Position numbers and translations under genes: made by a program. This document shows, one piece after another, positions 9,612-18,475 of a stretch of DNA of 64,000 bases. The DNA is from a candidate division CSSED10-310 bacterium. Its GTDB lineage: Bacteria; CSSED10-310; JAFGJC01. The stretch's first letter is position 1; every line of letters starts with the position of its first letter. The stretch is from the NCBI GenBank assembly GCA_016927905.1, contig JAFGLW010000013.1, positions 159,810 through 223,809 of the forward strand. Direction: 5' to 3'. Below the pieces are notes generated by a model. That model ran no database searches, was not told the DNA's origin, and saw only the letters and a program-made list of their open reading frames with translations.

Positions 9612-11507
9612 TCAGACAAAATCGATCCTGGGATCGATGACCGTATAGATGAAATCGGACAGGATGTTGCCGAACAATGTAATCAGGCTGATGATGACCA
9701 GGTCGCCCATGATGACGTTGAAATCCCTGGAAAGAACCGATGTGTAACCGAGCAGGCCCATCCCGTCCAGATTGAATATCATTTCCAGCAGCATGCTGCC
9801 GGTGAAAAATATCCCTAGAAATCCTCCGATTCCGGTGGCGATGGGGATCAGCGCGTTGCGCAGTGCATGTTTCAACACTACGGTCCGGCTGTCCAGACCT
9901 TTGGCTCTGGCGGTGCGGCAGTAATCCTTGGAGATTTCTTCGATGATGGAATTTTTCATCAATAAAGTCAGCGTGGTGAATTCGGCGATCATGTAGCAGA
10001 TCAGCGGCGCGATGAAATGGTGGATCCGATCCAGGATTTTCTCCCACAGGCCGAGATCGAAATAGTTGTCCGAATACAGGCCGCCGATCGGAATCAGACT
10101 GAAAAACGAGCCGCCGCCGAAAAATACGATCAGCAGAATTGCCAGCATGAATCCGGGTATCGACCACATCAGGAAAAGCAGAATGGAGGTTCCATAATCG
10201 AACGCGGAGCCGTCCCGAACCGCTTTGGCGATGCCCAGCGGGATACAGACCAGATAGGTGGCGAAAAACGATATGACCCCGAACTGGATGGATACGGGCA
10301 TCTTGGAGATGATGACGTCGATGACCGGCTGGTCATAGGTGAAGGACTGACCGAAATCCAGCGTCAGAATGTTTTTCAGCCAGATGCCGTACCGGGTATG
10401 CGTGAATGCCATGAGCAGCCTTGCAGGTCGTGATATCTCGGTATAGATCAACCGGTTGTCTCCCCACCAGGCTTTCAGGATCTCGATATTGGATTCCGGC
10501 TGACCGCCCGGAACCGGAAGTTCGAATTTTCCGGCTGATAAACCGGACAGCAGGTCCAGGAACGGCTGCGTTTCACGGGGCGGCAGGTTCAGGATATGCG
10601 ATACGGTTGCCGGAACCGCAAGCTGACCGGCACGCATCAGATTCTCTTCCGCCTGCATATCCCCCCGCCCGAATGCCTTCAGATTCTCAAGGATAGCGGA
10701 TTCGTCCGTTTTCTCCTGAAATTCCGCCCACCAGACGGCAAGCTGTTCCCGGGATGAAACAGCCGATTCGCCGGCATGCCTGGCGATGACATCCAGAAAC
10801 ACCTTCGACACGGGATTGCAAAATCCCCGACCGGGTCGCTTGGACGGATGCGAAAGCTCCCACTGCATGATTTTGATCCGGCGGATGATTTCCGACTGGC
10901 GGGATTGCTCCAGCTCAAACACGGTGCCGAAAAGTGTGCTCACGGCTTCGATCTTTGATTTTAGCCCTCCGTCCGGATCGGTATCGGTAGCCAGCGCGGT
11001 CGGAACGCTCAGAATCGATTCCGCGTGGCGTTTCAAATAACCGGTATCCGCCCTCGCGATTAATTCCAGGAGTCCCGTGTCGGATCCACGCTCATCCAGA
11101 AGAGCCGGGATCAGCACCGGATAGAGAACGGTTCCGCGCTGATTCAATTCACGTATTCCCGGATTCTCGGATGCGGTATCGAACGTCATCAGCGCTGTGA
11201 CCAGAACATCGATACCGGAGTTCCGGCGGTCGGGAATCCGGGTGTTCAGAATGACCGGTTTGTCGAAACCGTATTGTTTCCGCAGAGATTCGATGATCTC
11301 CTGATTGACCCCTGTGTCGCATGCGACGGTTACCGCAGCACTCAGACCGCTGCCGCCGCGGTAAGCCCGCCCGCCGTACCGGATCTGCCGGATCATCTGT
11401 TCAACCGGGCCGCCGGGCGCCAGGTTCAACACGATGAATACGATGACGGTTATCCCGAAAAAAGTGGGGATGATGGCCAGCAGGCGTCTGAGAAAATAAC
11501 CTTTCAT
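9612..11507 (-). CDS. Peptide ABC transporter permease (OppB/YejB-like) with a ~280-aa extracytoplasmic insertion
   Basis: YFLRRLL, APGGPVE, LDFGQSF, DYCRTARAKGL, HALRNAL, DPRI; 631 aa versus roughly 310-360 for typical members. Confidence 0.9.
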   Translation of the reverse strand: MKGYFLRRLLAIIPTFFGITVIVFIVLNLAPGGPVEQMIRQIRYGGRAYRGGSGLSAAVTVACDTGVNQEIIESLRKQYGFDKPVILNTRIPDRRNSGIDVLVTALMTFDTASENPGIRELNQRGTVLYPVLIPALLDERGSDTGLLELIARADTGYLKRHAESILSVPTALATDTDPDGGLKSKIEAVSTLFGTVFELEQSRQSEIIRRIKIMQWELSHPSKRPGRGFCNPVSKVFLDVIARHAGESAVSSREQLAVWWAEFQEKTDESAILENLKAFGRGDMQAEENLMRAGQLAVPATVSHILNLPPRETQPFLDLLSGLSAGKFELPVPGGQPESNIEILKAWWGDNRLIYTEISRPARLLMAFTHTRYGIWLKNILTLDFGQSFTYDQPVIDVIISKMPVSIQFGVISFFATYLVCIPLGIAKAVRDGSAFDYGTSILLFLMWSIPGFMLAILLIVFFGGGSFFSLIPIGGLYSDNYFDLGLWEKILDRIHHFIAPLICYMIAEFTTLTLLMKNSIIEEISKDYCRTARAKGLDSRTVVLKHALRNALIPIATGIGGFLGIFFTGSMLLEMIFNLDGMGLLGYTSVLSRDFNVIMGDLVIISLITLFGNILSDFIYTVIDPRIDFV

Positions 11508-13366
11508 GGCGGGAACGGAGCGTCCGTGTCCGATTTGCTGTCCCGCACCCACCAGTACCGGGCGGCCCCGATACCGTATTCAAAGTACGGCGCGCCGGTT
11601 ACCGGCGAAGTCATCATATTGATCCGCCGGTTGACGCCGATGAGATCGCATTGCGGTTCGGTTAAAAACGTATAGGGCTGTTCCCGGTGCAGGATCCGGT
11701 GGATCTGCCTGAATTTCTTCACGCGGACTGCCTTGTCGATTGTCCGGACGCCTTCCTCACTCAACCTGTCCACCTCGGGATCAATGAACGTCACCAGGTT
11801 GTTCCCGCCCAGTGCGGCCGATCGGGAATGCCAGATACCCCGGGGATCGGGGTGTATCATACCGGTCCAGCCCATGGTGAATGCGTCGAAAGCCTTGTCG
11901 TCAGTCAGTTTCTGGAAGCTGTTCCATTCCACCGTTTTGATATTCATGATGCACCCGACGGACCGGAGATCCTCCCGAATGATGGATGCCATCGCTTCCA
12001 TCGACGGGCTGTCGGACGGGATGAGCAGGGTGAAGATGAAATTCCGTTTCCCGCCTTCGATGGTTTGATCCAAAATGGTATCCCGGTCGTGATCGTCCCA
12101 TCCTGCCTGTCTCAGAAGATCCAAAGCGGAGCCGGGATCGAAATCCAGCGGTTCGATATCCGGATCGGAATAATCCGAGCGGTTGCCGAACGGCGATGTG
12201 CAACGCATGTCATAGCCGTACCGGTATTTGCGGACATACAGCTCCCGATCGATCATATGGGTCATGGCCTGCCGGACTTTTGCGGATCCGAAAAGCGGGT
12301 GCGGGACGTACACCCCGGCCTGCAGATCGGACCGGTCGGGATCGATGAGGTTCCACCCGATAAAATTGTATCCGCGGGGAACCTTGTTCCGGACCTCGAT
12401 TTTCCGGATGGCGCCGCTTTGAAAAACCGGGCTGCCGGTCTCCCGGACCCACTGGGATGCCGTGAATGCGTAAAAATCGATGTCTCCCCGCTTGAAATGT
12501 TCAAAGGCGATTTTGCTGTCCTTGATGATTCTGATCTGAAGAAATTCAAAGTTATGGCAATTCCGAAAATGGGGCAGCACATCTCCCCACCAGTCGGGAT
12601 CGCGTTTCAGAAGAACGCGTTTTCCCCGGATCCATTCCACAAAAACATACGGGCCGCATCCCACCGGATGAAGCGCGGCATTGGGAACGGGATTTACCTT
12701 TTTCTGTTTGTACTTCGAGATCATGTAAGGTTCATAGATGTGCCCGGGCAGAACGATCAGCGTACCGATCATCTGGAAATTCAGATAATAGGTGTCGGTC
12801 GTTTCAAATCGAACAGTCCGGTCATCCAGCGCCCGGATCGAACGCACGGAGCTGTAATAGGAGCGATTGTGGGCGGTGGGATAATCTTCGTCGAAGAACG
12901 CCTGGAAGGAAAACAGGACGTCAGCGGCCGATACGGGCTGACCATCCGAAAAACGCGACCGCGGATCCAGATGGAACGTAAATGCCTGTCCGCCCGAAGG
13001 CAGTTCCTCGATCAGCCAGCCGTCCGCCAAAAACGGCAGCGGTTCGTCGGTATCGAGATCCCAGGTGACGAGCGTTCCCATGATGAACTGGTTGATGTCG
13101 GATTCATAGCTGTCTTTGGATGTCAGGGGATTCAAATGGGCGGGATCGCCCGTGATCTCAAATGTCAGCCAGCCGCCCCGGCGGGCGTTTTCCGATCCCG
13201 GAGTAAACCGTGCACTCCGATAATCGAACCGGTGTACGATCGGGCGGGATTCGATGCCGGATCGGATTTCAGGAACAGGCGGTTCAGCATTGCCCGGGCA
13301 GACGCCCCGGGACAGGATCAACACTGCCAGAACCCACATTTTTCCCGGACCGATGGTCACGGTCAA
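11504..13366 (-). CDS. Peptide ABC transporter substrate-binding protein (family 5, OppA/YejA-like)
   Basis: LNPLTS, FSDGQPVSAADVLFS, PVGCGPYVF, VRQAMTHMIDR. Confidence 0.92.
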   Translation of the reverse strand: MTVTIGPGKMWVLAVLILSRGVCPGNAEPPVPEIRSGIESRPIVHRFDYRSARFTPGSENARRGGWLTFEITGDPAHLNPLTSKDSYESDINQFIMGTLVTWDLDTDEPLPFLADGWLIEELPSGGQAFTFHLDPRSRFSDGQPVSAADVLFSFQAFFDEDYPTAHNRSYYSSVRSIRALDDRTVRFETTDTYYLNFQMIGTLIVLPGHIYEPYMISKYKQKKVNPVPNAALHPVGCGPYVFVEWIRGKRVLLKRDPDWWGDVLPHFRNCHNFEFLQIRIIKDSKIAFEHFKRGDIDFYAFTASQWVRETGSPVFQSGAIRKIEVRNKVPRGYNFIGWNLIDPDRSDLQAGVYVPHPLFGSAKVRQAMTHMIDRELYVRKYRYGYDMRCTSPFGNRSDYSDPDIEPLDFDPGSALDLLRQAGWDDHDRDTILDQTIEGGKRNFIFTLLIPSDSPSMEAMASIIREDLRSVGCIMNIKTVEWNSFQKLTDDKAFDAFTMGWTGMIHPDPRGIWHSRSAALGGNNLVTFIDPEVDRLSEEGVRTIDKAVRVKKFRQIHRILHREQPYTFLTEPQCDLIGVNRRINMMTSPVTGAPYFEYGIGAARYWWVRDSKSDTDAPFPP

Positions 13367-13461
13367 AGCGTAAGCCAGAGACCCGATTCAGTCAATAGAT
13401 CCCGGCCGGTAATCCGGCATTGCATCAAACCGGATTCACCGTGTACATTGAGCGTTGAATC

Positions 13462-15018
13462 ATGACGGAAAAACCCAGGACAATCCCGTATTCAATCAAA
13501 ATACTCGCCGTACTGCTCGTACTGTTCGGCGGATCGATCCGCTGCATCCGGCTGGAAACCAATCCGAACGGGCTGTATTGCGACGAAGCCGCTAACGGTT
13601 ACGATGCCTGGTCTCTGGCCCGGACCGGAAAAGATATCTGGGGGAATCGGTTTCCAGTGGTCATGAATCATTTCAACATGGATCACCCGGAATCCCTGTA
13701 TTCCTACTGCTGCATCCCGGTGCTGGCGGTGATGGGATTGAATACGGGCAGTCTTCGGCTGACGACAGCGCTTCTGGGAACGATTTCCCTCCTGATTCTC
13801 TGGCTGCTCGCAGCCGACCGGCTGGGGAACCACGTCGCGCTGTGGGCCGTGCTGTTTCTCGCGGTTTCCCCCCTGCACCTGCATTTCAGCCGCGTGGGAA
13901 TGCGTCATATCACCGCACCCCTTCTGATGATGCTGGGATTCTGGCTCCTGCACCGGTCCCTGACCCGCACCGGTCTGCTTCCACTTGCGGGGATGGTCCT
14001 CGGATTGTCGGCCAATACCTATCTGCCGGCCAAATTCGCCGCACCTGTTCTGATCGGATGGCATTTGATTCTGTATCAAAAAGAATTTTCGGCTCGATTC
14101 GGTTCCCGGAAAAGAATCGCCGTCATGGCGCTCCTGTGCTTTTTATCCATATATGCCTGCTTTCTGGGTGCCGCCGTCAAGGCGCCCGGCCAGTCGACCA
14201 ACTATACCGGCAAATCGCTCCTGATCAGCCGGTATCCCATCATCGATCTGGGCCGGAACCTTCTGACCTATTTCGGTCCGGATTTTTTCTGGGGTCCCGG
14301 CGATCCCAATCCCAGACACCACGTTCCCGGTGAAGGCGCAATGCTGAAGACGACTGTCCCGCTCTTTCTGGCCGGGCTGGCAGCGGGAATATGGCGGCGG
14401 AACCGGCACGTACTCTTTTTCACCGGCTGGATGGCGACAGGCATGCTTCCAGCCGTGTTCACATGGGAAGGCTCACCCCATTTCGGGCGGGCCATCACCA
14501 TCCTGCCTGCCGGGGAGATTTTGATTGCATGGGGACTGGTTTCGACCGTTTCACTCATCCGATCCGCCGTGGCAAGACAACCGCTTCGCATTGCCGCTTA
14601 CGTTCTGATCGTTCTGATACTGGGGACCGATGCGGTCCGGTATCTGCACCGGCAGCTTCACGAATATCCCCGCTATGTGACGGGACCCTGGGAGTTCGGA
14701 TTGAAGGAGGCGGTGAGCAGCGCACTGGATCACCGGGAACCGGATAACCGGATATTTTTAACGCCCCGTATAAACCAGGCTTTCATCTTTGCCCTGTTCT
14801 TCGGCGGGCAGACGCCCGAGGATTTTCATGCCCGGGGAGAACTGTATCCGGCAGCAGTGGCTCCGGCCGACCTGAACCGGGCGGTTGAGTTTCTGCCCGA
14901 TGCGGTATATGTGGTGAGACCGGACGATCTTTACGACGCCCGGATACTGGATATTGTGGTGGATCCGGAGAACCGGGTGGTGTGGAAAGTGGTGACGGGT
15001 GTTGAAACGGATCGATAG
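13462..15018 (+). CDS. ArnT/PMT-like GT-C glycosyltransferase (family 39/83-like)
   Basis: GLYCDEAANGYDAWSL motif followed by multiple TM segments. Confidence 0.82.
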   Translation: MTEKPRTIPYSIKILAVLLVLFGGSIRCIRLETNPNGLYCDEAANGYDAWSLARTGKDIWGNRFPVVMNHFNMDHPESLYSYCCIPVLAVMGLNTGSLRLTTALLGTISLLILWLLAADRLGNHVALWAVLFLAVSPLHLHFSRVGMRHITAPLLMMLGFWLLHRSLTRTGLLPLAGMVLGLSANTYLPAKFAAPVLIGWHLILYQKEFSARFGSRKRIAVMALLCFLSIYACFLGAAVKAPGQSTNYTGKSLLISRYPIIDLGRNLLTYFGPDFFWGPGDPNPRHHVPGEGAMLKTTVPLFLAGLAAGIWRRNRHVLFFTGWMATGMLPAVFTWEGSPHFGRAITILPAGEILIAWGLVSTVSLIRSAVARQPLRIAAYVLIVLILGTDAVRYLHRQLHEYPRYVTGPWEFGLKEAVSSALDHREPDNRIFLTPRINQAFIFALFFGGQTPEDFHARGELYPAAVAPADLNRAVEFLPDAVYVVRPDDLYDARILDIVVDPENRVVWKVVTGVETDR

Positions 15019-15022
15019 CGGG

Positions 15023-16300
15023 ATGCGATACCGGAGGATTCTGCCGCGACTGGTGGTTCTGCTGCTGCTGATCACCGCCTGCCGGAACAGCCCGACTTCC
15101 GGTCTCCCCTTGGACATCGAATCCCGGATCCAGATTCTCGATACCGCCGGGAACACGCTTCCCCGGGTGAAGGGTTTCACCTTCGTACGCCCGGAACAGG
15201 TGGTTGTTCTGCGGTATCACTGGCATGTCCTCGGGGATGCGCCTGTGGCCGGGAATCCGAGGATACTGGTCCACCTGACCGATTCAGGCGGCGCCATCGT
15301 ATGGCAGGACGATCACGACCCGGTTCCGCCGGTCCGGTCCTGGCGCAAAGGGGAAAATTATGTTTACGACCGGCTGGTCTGCCTTCCGGATATGGTTCCC
15401 GAACCGGATCTCCGATTGTCGGCCGGCATATACCAGACCGGGCCGCCATCTTGTCATTTTCTGATTCGGCAGGGGGATGATCATGTTCGGAAAACCGAAC
15501 TCTGCCGACTGCATTTTCATCAGGGAACCCGGGTGGTTTATGCCGAGGGCTGGGATATGCTGGAACAGGATGACCCGTCTCTGTCCCTGGGGAGATGGAC
15601 ATATCAGAAGGCGGAATGGCTCATCGGCAATCCCGGAAAACCTTTTTATCTGCGCATTCGGGGAACGGCACGGCCCGACTGCTTTGACAAACCGCAGAAG
15701 ATGACCGTGACGGTCCGGGATGCCGTTCTGGGCACGGTCATCATGTCGGATTCCGAAATTGACCGGGTTTTCCGGGTGGATTTTCCGGATCTGGAAGCTG
15801 GCGGGTCGATCCCGGTGGGAATCGTTCTGGACCGCACATTCGTTCCGGATGAATGTGACGGCAATGGTGATCTGAGACGGCTCGGGGTCCGGCTGCAGCC
15901 TCCGGAACTCGGACAGGCGTCGTTCCAAAATGGTTTTTATTCCGAGGAGCGTGACAGATGGCTCCGATGGCGCTGGATGGGTTCGGAGGGTTTGATCGAG
16001 TTCATCAATCCCCATGCACCGTGCCGGTTGTTCCTGTCGATGGATACCGCGTTCGACCAGTGGAATGCTCCGCCGGAGATTCGGCTTTTCCTAAACGGCC
16101 GGCCCCTGACCGAGTTCCGGCTCATACCCGGTGAATCCAACCGGTTGATCGATCTGAATCCGGAACAGTTGGATCCGGAACCGATTTTTCTCCTGGCTGT
16201 CCGGACCGACCGGATTTTCGAAGAACATGCCGGGAAGGAAGGAATCGGGCGTCGGCTGGGAGTGAGGGTCAAAAAAGCGCTGCTGATCCCGGTCGATTGA
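15023..16300 (+). CDS. Hypothetical lipoprotein with tandem beta-rich domains
   Basis: Lipobox LITA-C after MRYRR; two internal repeats ending RRLGVR(L/V). Confidence 0.65.
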   Translation: MRYRRILPRLVVLLLLITACRNSPTSGLPLDIESRIQILDTAGNTLPRVKGFTFVRPEQVVVLRYHWHVLGDAPVAGNPRILVHLTDSGGAIVWQDDHDPVPPVRSWRKGENYVYDRLVCLPDMVPEPDLRLSAGIYQTGPPSCHFLIRQGDDHVRKTELCRLHFHQGTRVVYAEGWDMLEQDDPSLSLGRWTYQKAEWLIGNPGKPFYLRIRGTARPDCFDKPQKMTVTVRDAVLGTVIMSDSEIDRVFRVDFPDLEAGGSIPVGIVLDRTFVPDECDGNGDLRRLGVRLQPPELGQASFQNGFYSEERDRWLRWRWMGSEGLIEFINPHAPCRLFLSMDTAFDQWNAPPEIRLFLNGRPLTEFRLIPGESNRLIDLNPEQLDPEPIFLLAVRTDRIFEEHAGKEGIGRRLGVRVKKALLIPVD

Positions 16301-16498
16301 ACCAATCCGCCCGCGGGGACCCTTGATCGTGCAGGCTGGATTTGATATGATACAAATGGAAATAGACGTTTTCTGCGTGTTGAGAATTTCAGGCATTCAA
16401 GCGTCACGCGAAACATAAAAGTATCCATTTTTGAGTGCCGGGCACTTCTTGAAAAAAAACTGTTTTAGAACATGCGACTCGCGGGGAAGGAGTGGTTG

Positions 16499-18409
16499 AT
16501 GGAAAACGATTCTGATTCCGAGCGGAATGCATCGGCAAAAGAAAAGCTGTCCTGGGACCGTGAAATTGCCGCAGTTCTGGAACGCCATCTGCCCGATGAT
16601 CAACTCATGACGGTTCTGAAGGAAATTCTGGAGAAGGCGGATCCCGGGATCACACGTATTTTCCAAAATTCGATCGATCTGGAATCGGCCCGCCGGGAGC
16701 TGTACCGGCATCTATCCGGGATCGAAGAAGCGGTTTATGAGGGGAGAGACGGTTTGTCCGGAATTCAGCGGGCGGCGGTGGAGGATTGTATCCGGGTCTT
16801 GAAAAATGTATTTGCGCCGGTCAATGAAACCACCACCCGGACCGGATCGGTTCGATCGTTGTGGCACCTGTTCAAACGGACCGATCCTGATGTTTCTCCG
16901 CCGGCAGGTCCCGGATTTATCCTGGAGTTTATCCATCTGTTTCACGGGATTAACGGAAGATTTCCGATAAACAGTTTCAGCCGGAGTATAGATGTCAATT
17001 TCTCGCGGTTTCTGAAAATGGAAGGGCGGGACGCCGCCCGGGAGCGTTCCAGGATCCTGGACCGGTTTGGCGTCATTCTGAATCGTCATTTCAAGCGGTA
17101 TCCCTCGGGGCTGGAACCGGAGGTCATTTCGGAGCGGGAGCGGAACCGAGACCGCATTCTGAAGTATTTCAAGGGCTCTCTGGATGACTGGACCGACTGG
17201 AAATGGCATATCAAGCACCTGATCAAAAGACCGGATACCCTGTTTGACCTGCTGCAGATGCGGAAAGGCTATGCACAGGCGGTCAAGGAAGCCTGGCAGC
17301 ATAATATCCCCTTCGGGATCACGCCCTACTATCTCAGTCTGATGCATTACCACAGCCGGGGTCAGTTTGATCACGCCATACGCCGGCAGGTGATCCCCCC
17401 GCCGACATACGTCAGGGCGATGGTGAATCACAGCGAGGAAAAGGAGTTTTATTTTGATTTCATGGGCGAGCATGATACATCGCCCATCGATCTGGTGACC
17501 CGGCGGTATCCCCGGATCGCCATCGTCAAACCCTTCAATACCTGTGCGCAGATATGCGTTTACTGCCAGCGCAACTGGGAAATCCAGCAATGCATGGCTC
17601 CGGAATCGATGGCCCGCAGGGAATCCCTGAACCGGGCGATCGAATGGTTCGAAAATCATCCGCATGTCGGTGAGGTTCTGGTTACCGGCGGGGACCCAAT
17701 CATGATGTCCGACAGAAGCCTGAACCGCTTGCTGTCCCGCCTGGCCGGTATCGATCACATCTACCGGATCCGGATCGGTTCGCGAACGCCGGTGGTGCTG
17801 CCCTTCCGCTGGACGGATCACCTCATCGACAACTTATCCGGGCACATCGAACCGGGCCGCAGGGAAATCGTCCTGGTCACCCATTTCGAGCATTCCTTCG
17901 AAATTACACCAGAGGTGGCCGAGACCGTCGGCCGGATCCGCAGGAAGGGAATCAGCGTTTACAACCAGCAGGTCTTCACAATCGAAAATTCCCGCCGCTT
18001 CGAAACGGCAAAGCTGCGGTGCGATCTGAGACGGGCCGGAATCGATCCCTATTACACCTTCATGCCCAAGGGAAAGCAGGAAACCCTCGATTATCTGGTT
18101 CCGATCGCCAGGATCCTGCAGGAACGCAAGGAGGAAGCCAGGTTGCTGCCCGGAATCGACCGGACGGACGAACCGGTGTTCAACGTCCCGAAACTGGGCA
18201 AAAATCACCTGCGGGCCAAGCAGGACCGGCGTCTGATCATGATCAAACCGGACGGATCGAGGATCTACGAGTTTCATCCGTGGGAAAAACGATTCACCGA
18301 TCTGTCCACTTATATCCACACGGATATCCCCATTTACGACTATCTAATTAAAATGATCGAGCGGGGGGAGGACCCGGAGAATTACAACAGCATCTGGAAC
18401 TACTATTGA
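16499..18409 (+). CDS. KamA-family radical SAM aminomutase (lysine 2,3-aminomutase-like), long form
   Basis: CAQICVYCQR (CxxxCxxC), ITPYY, LVTGGDP, RIGSRTPV; AAGGAG RBS before ATG 16499; ~200-aa N-terminal extension. Confidence 0.88.
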   Translation: MENDSDSERNASAKEKLSWDREIAAVLERHLPDDQLMTVLKEILEKADPGITRIFQNSIDLESARRELYRHLSGIEEAVYEGRDGLSGIQRAAVEDCIRVLKNVFAPVNETTTRTGSVRSLWHLFKRTDPDVSPPAGPGFILEFIHLFHGINGRFPINSFSRSIDVNFSRFLKMEGRDAARERSRILDRFGVILNRHFKRYPSGLEPEVISERERNRDRILKYFKGSLDDWTDWKWHIKHLIKRPDTLFDLLQMRKGYAQAVKEAWQHNIPFGITPYYLSLMHYHSRGQFDHAIRRQVIPPPTYVRAMVNHSEEKEFYFDFMGEHDTSPIDLVTRRYPRIAIVKPFNTCAQICVYCQRNWEIQQCMAPESMARRESLNRAIEWFENHPHVGEVLVTGGDPIMMSDRSLNRLLSRLAGIDHIYRIRIGSRTPVVLPFRWTDHLIDNLSGHIEPGRREIVLVTHFEHSFEITPEVAETVGRIRRKGISVYNQQVFTIENSRRFETAKLRCDLRRAGIDPYYTFMPKGKQETLDYLVPIARILQERKEEARLLPGIDRTDEPVFNVPKLGKNHLRAKQDRRLIMIKPDGSRIYEFHPWEKRFTDLSTYIHTDIPIYDYLIKMIERGEDPENYNSIWNYY

Positions 18410-18433
18410 GACTGTGCAGAACCAAATAAACAA

Positions 18434-18455
18434 GCGGGGATGAAACCATCCCCGC
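18434..18455. terminator. Hairpin between convergent genes, probably a bidirectional terminator
   Basis: GCGGGGATG-AAAC-CATCCCCGC perfect 9-bp stem, with an A-rich tract on the left. Confidence 0.75.
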
Positions 18456-18475
18456 CTGTTCAATTCAATATCCGT

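Noticed and set aside
11687-13465. Long antisense or alternate-frame ORFs (also 20963..23071, 16712..17821, 23223..24491, 37003..38085, 50206..51738 and 437..1480)
   Set aside because: They shadow well-supported genes and have no motifs; this is expected from high-GC codon bias.
16301-16498. Lysine riboswitch or small RNA upstream of the KamA-family gene
   Set aside because: AT-rich intergenic DNA with no recognisable conserved helices; too short once a promoter is allowed for.
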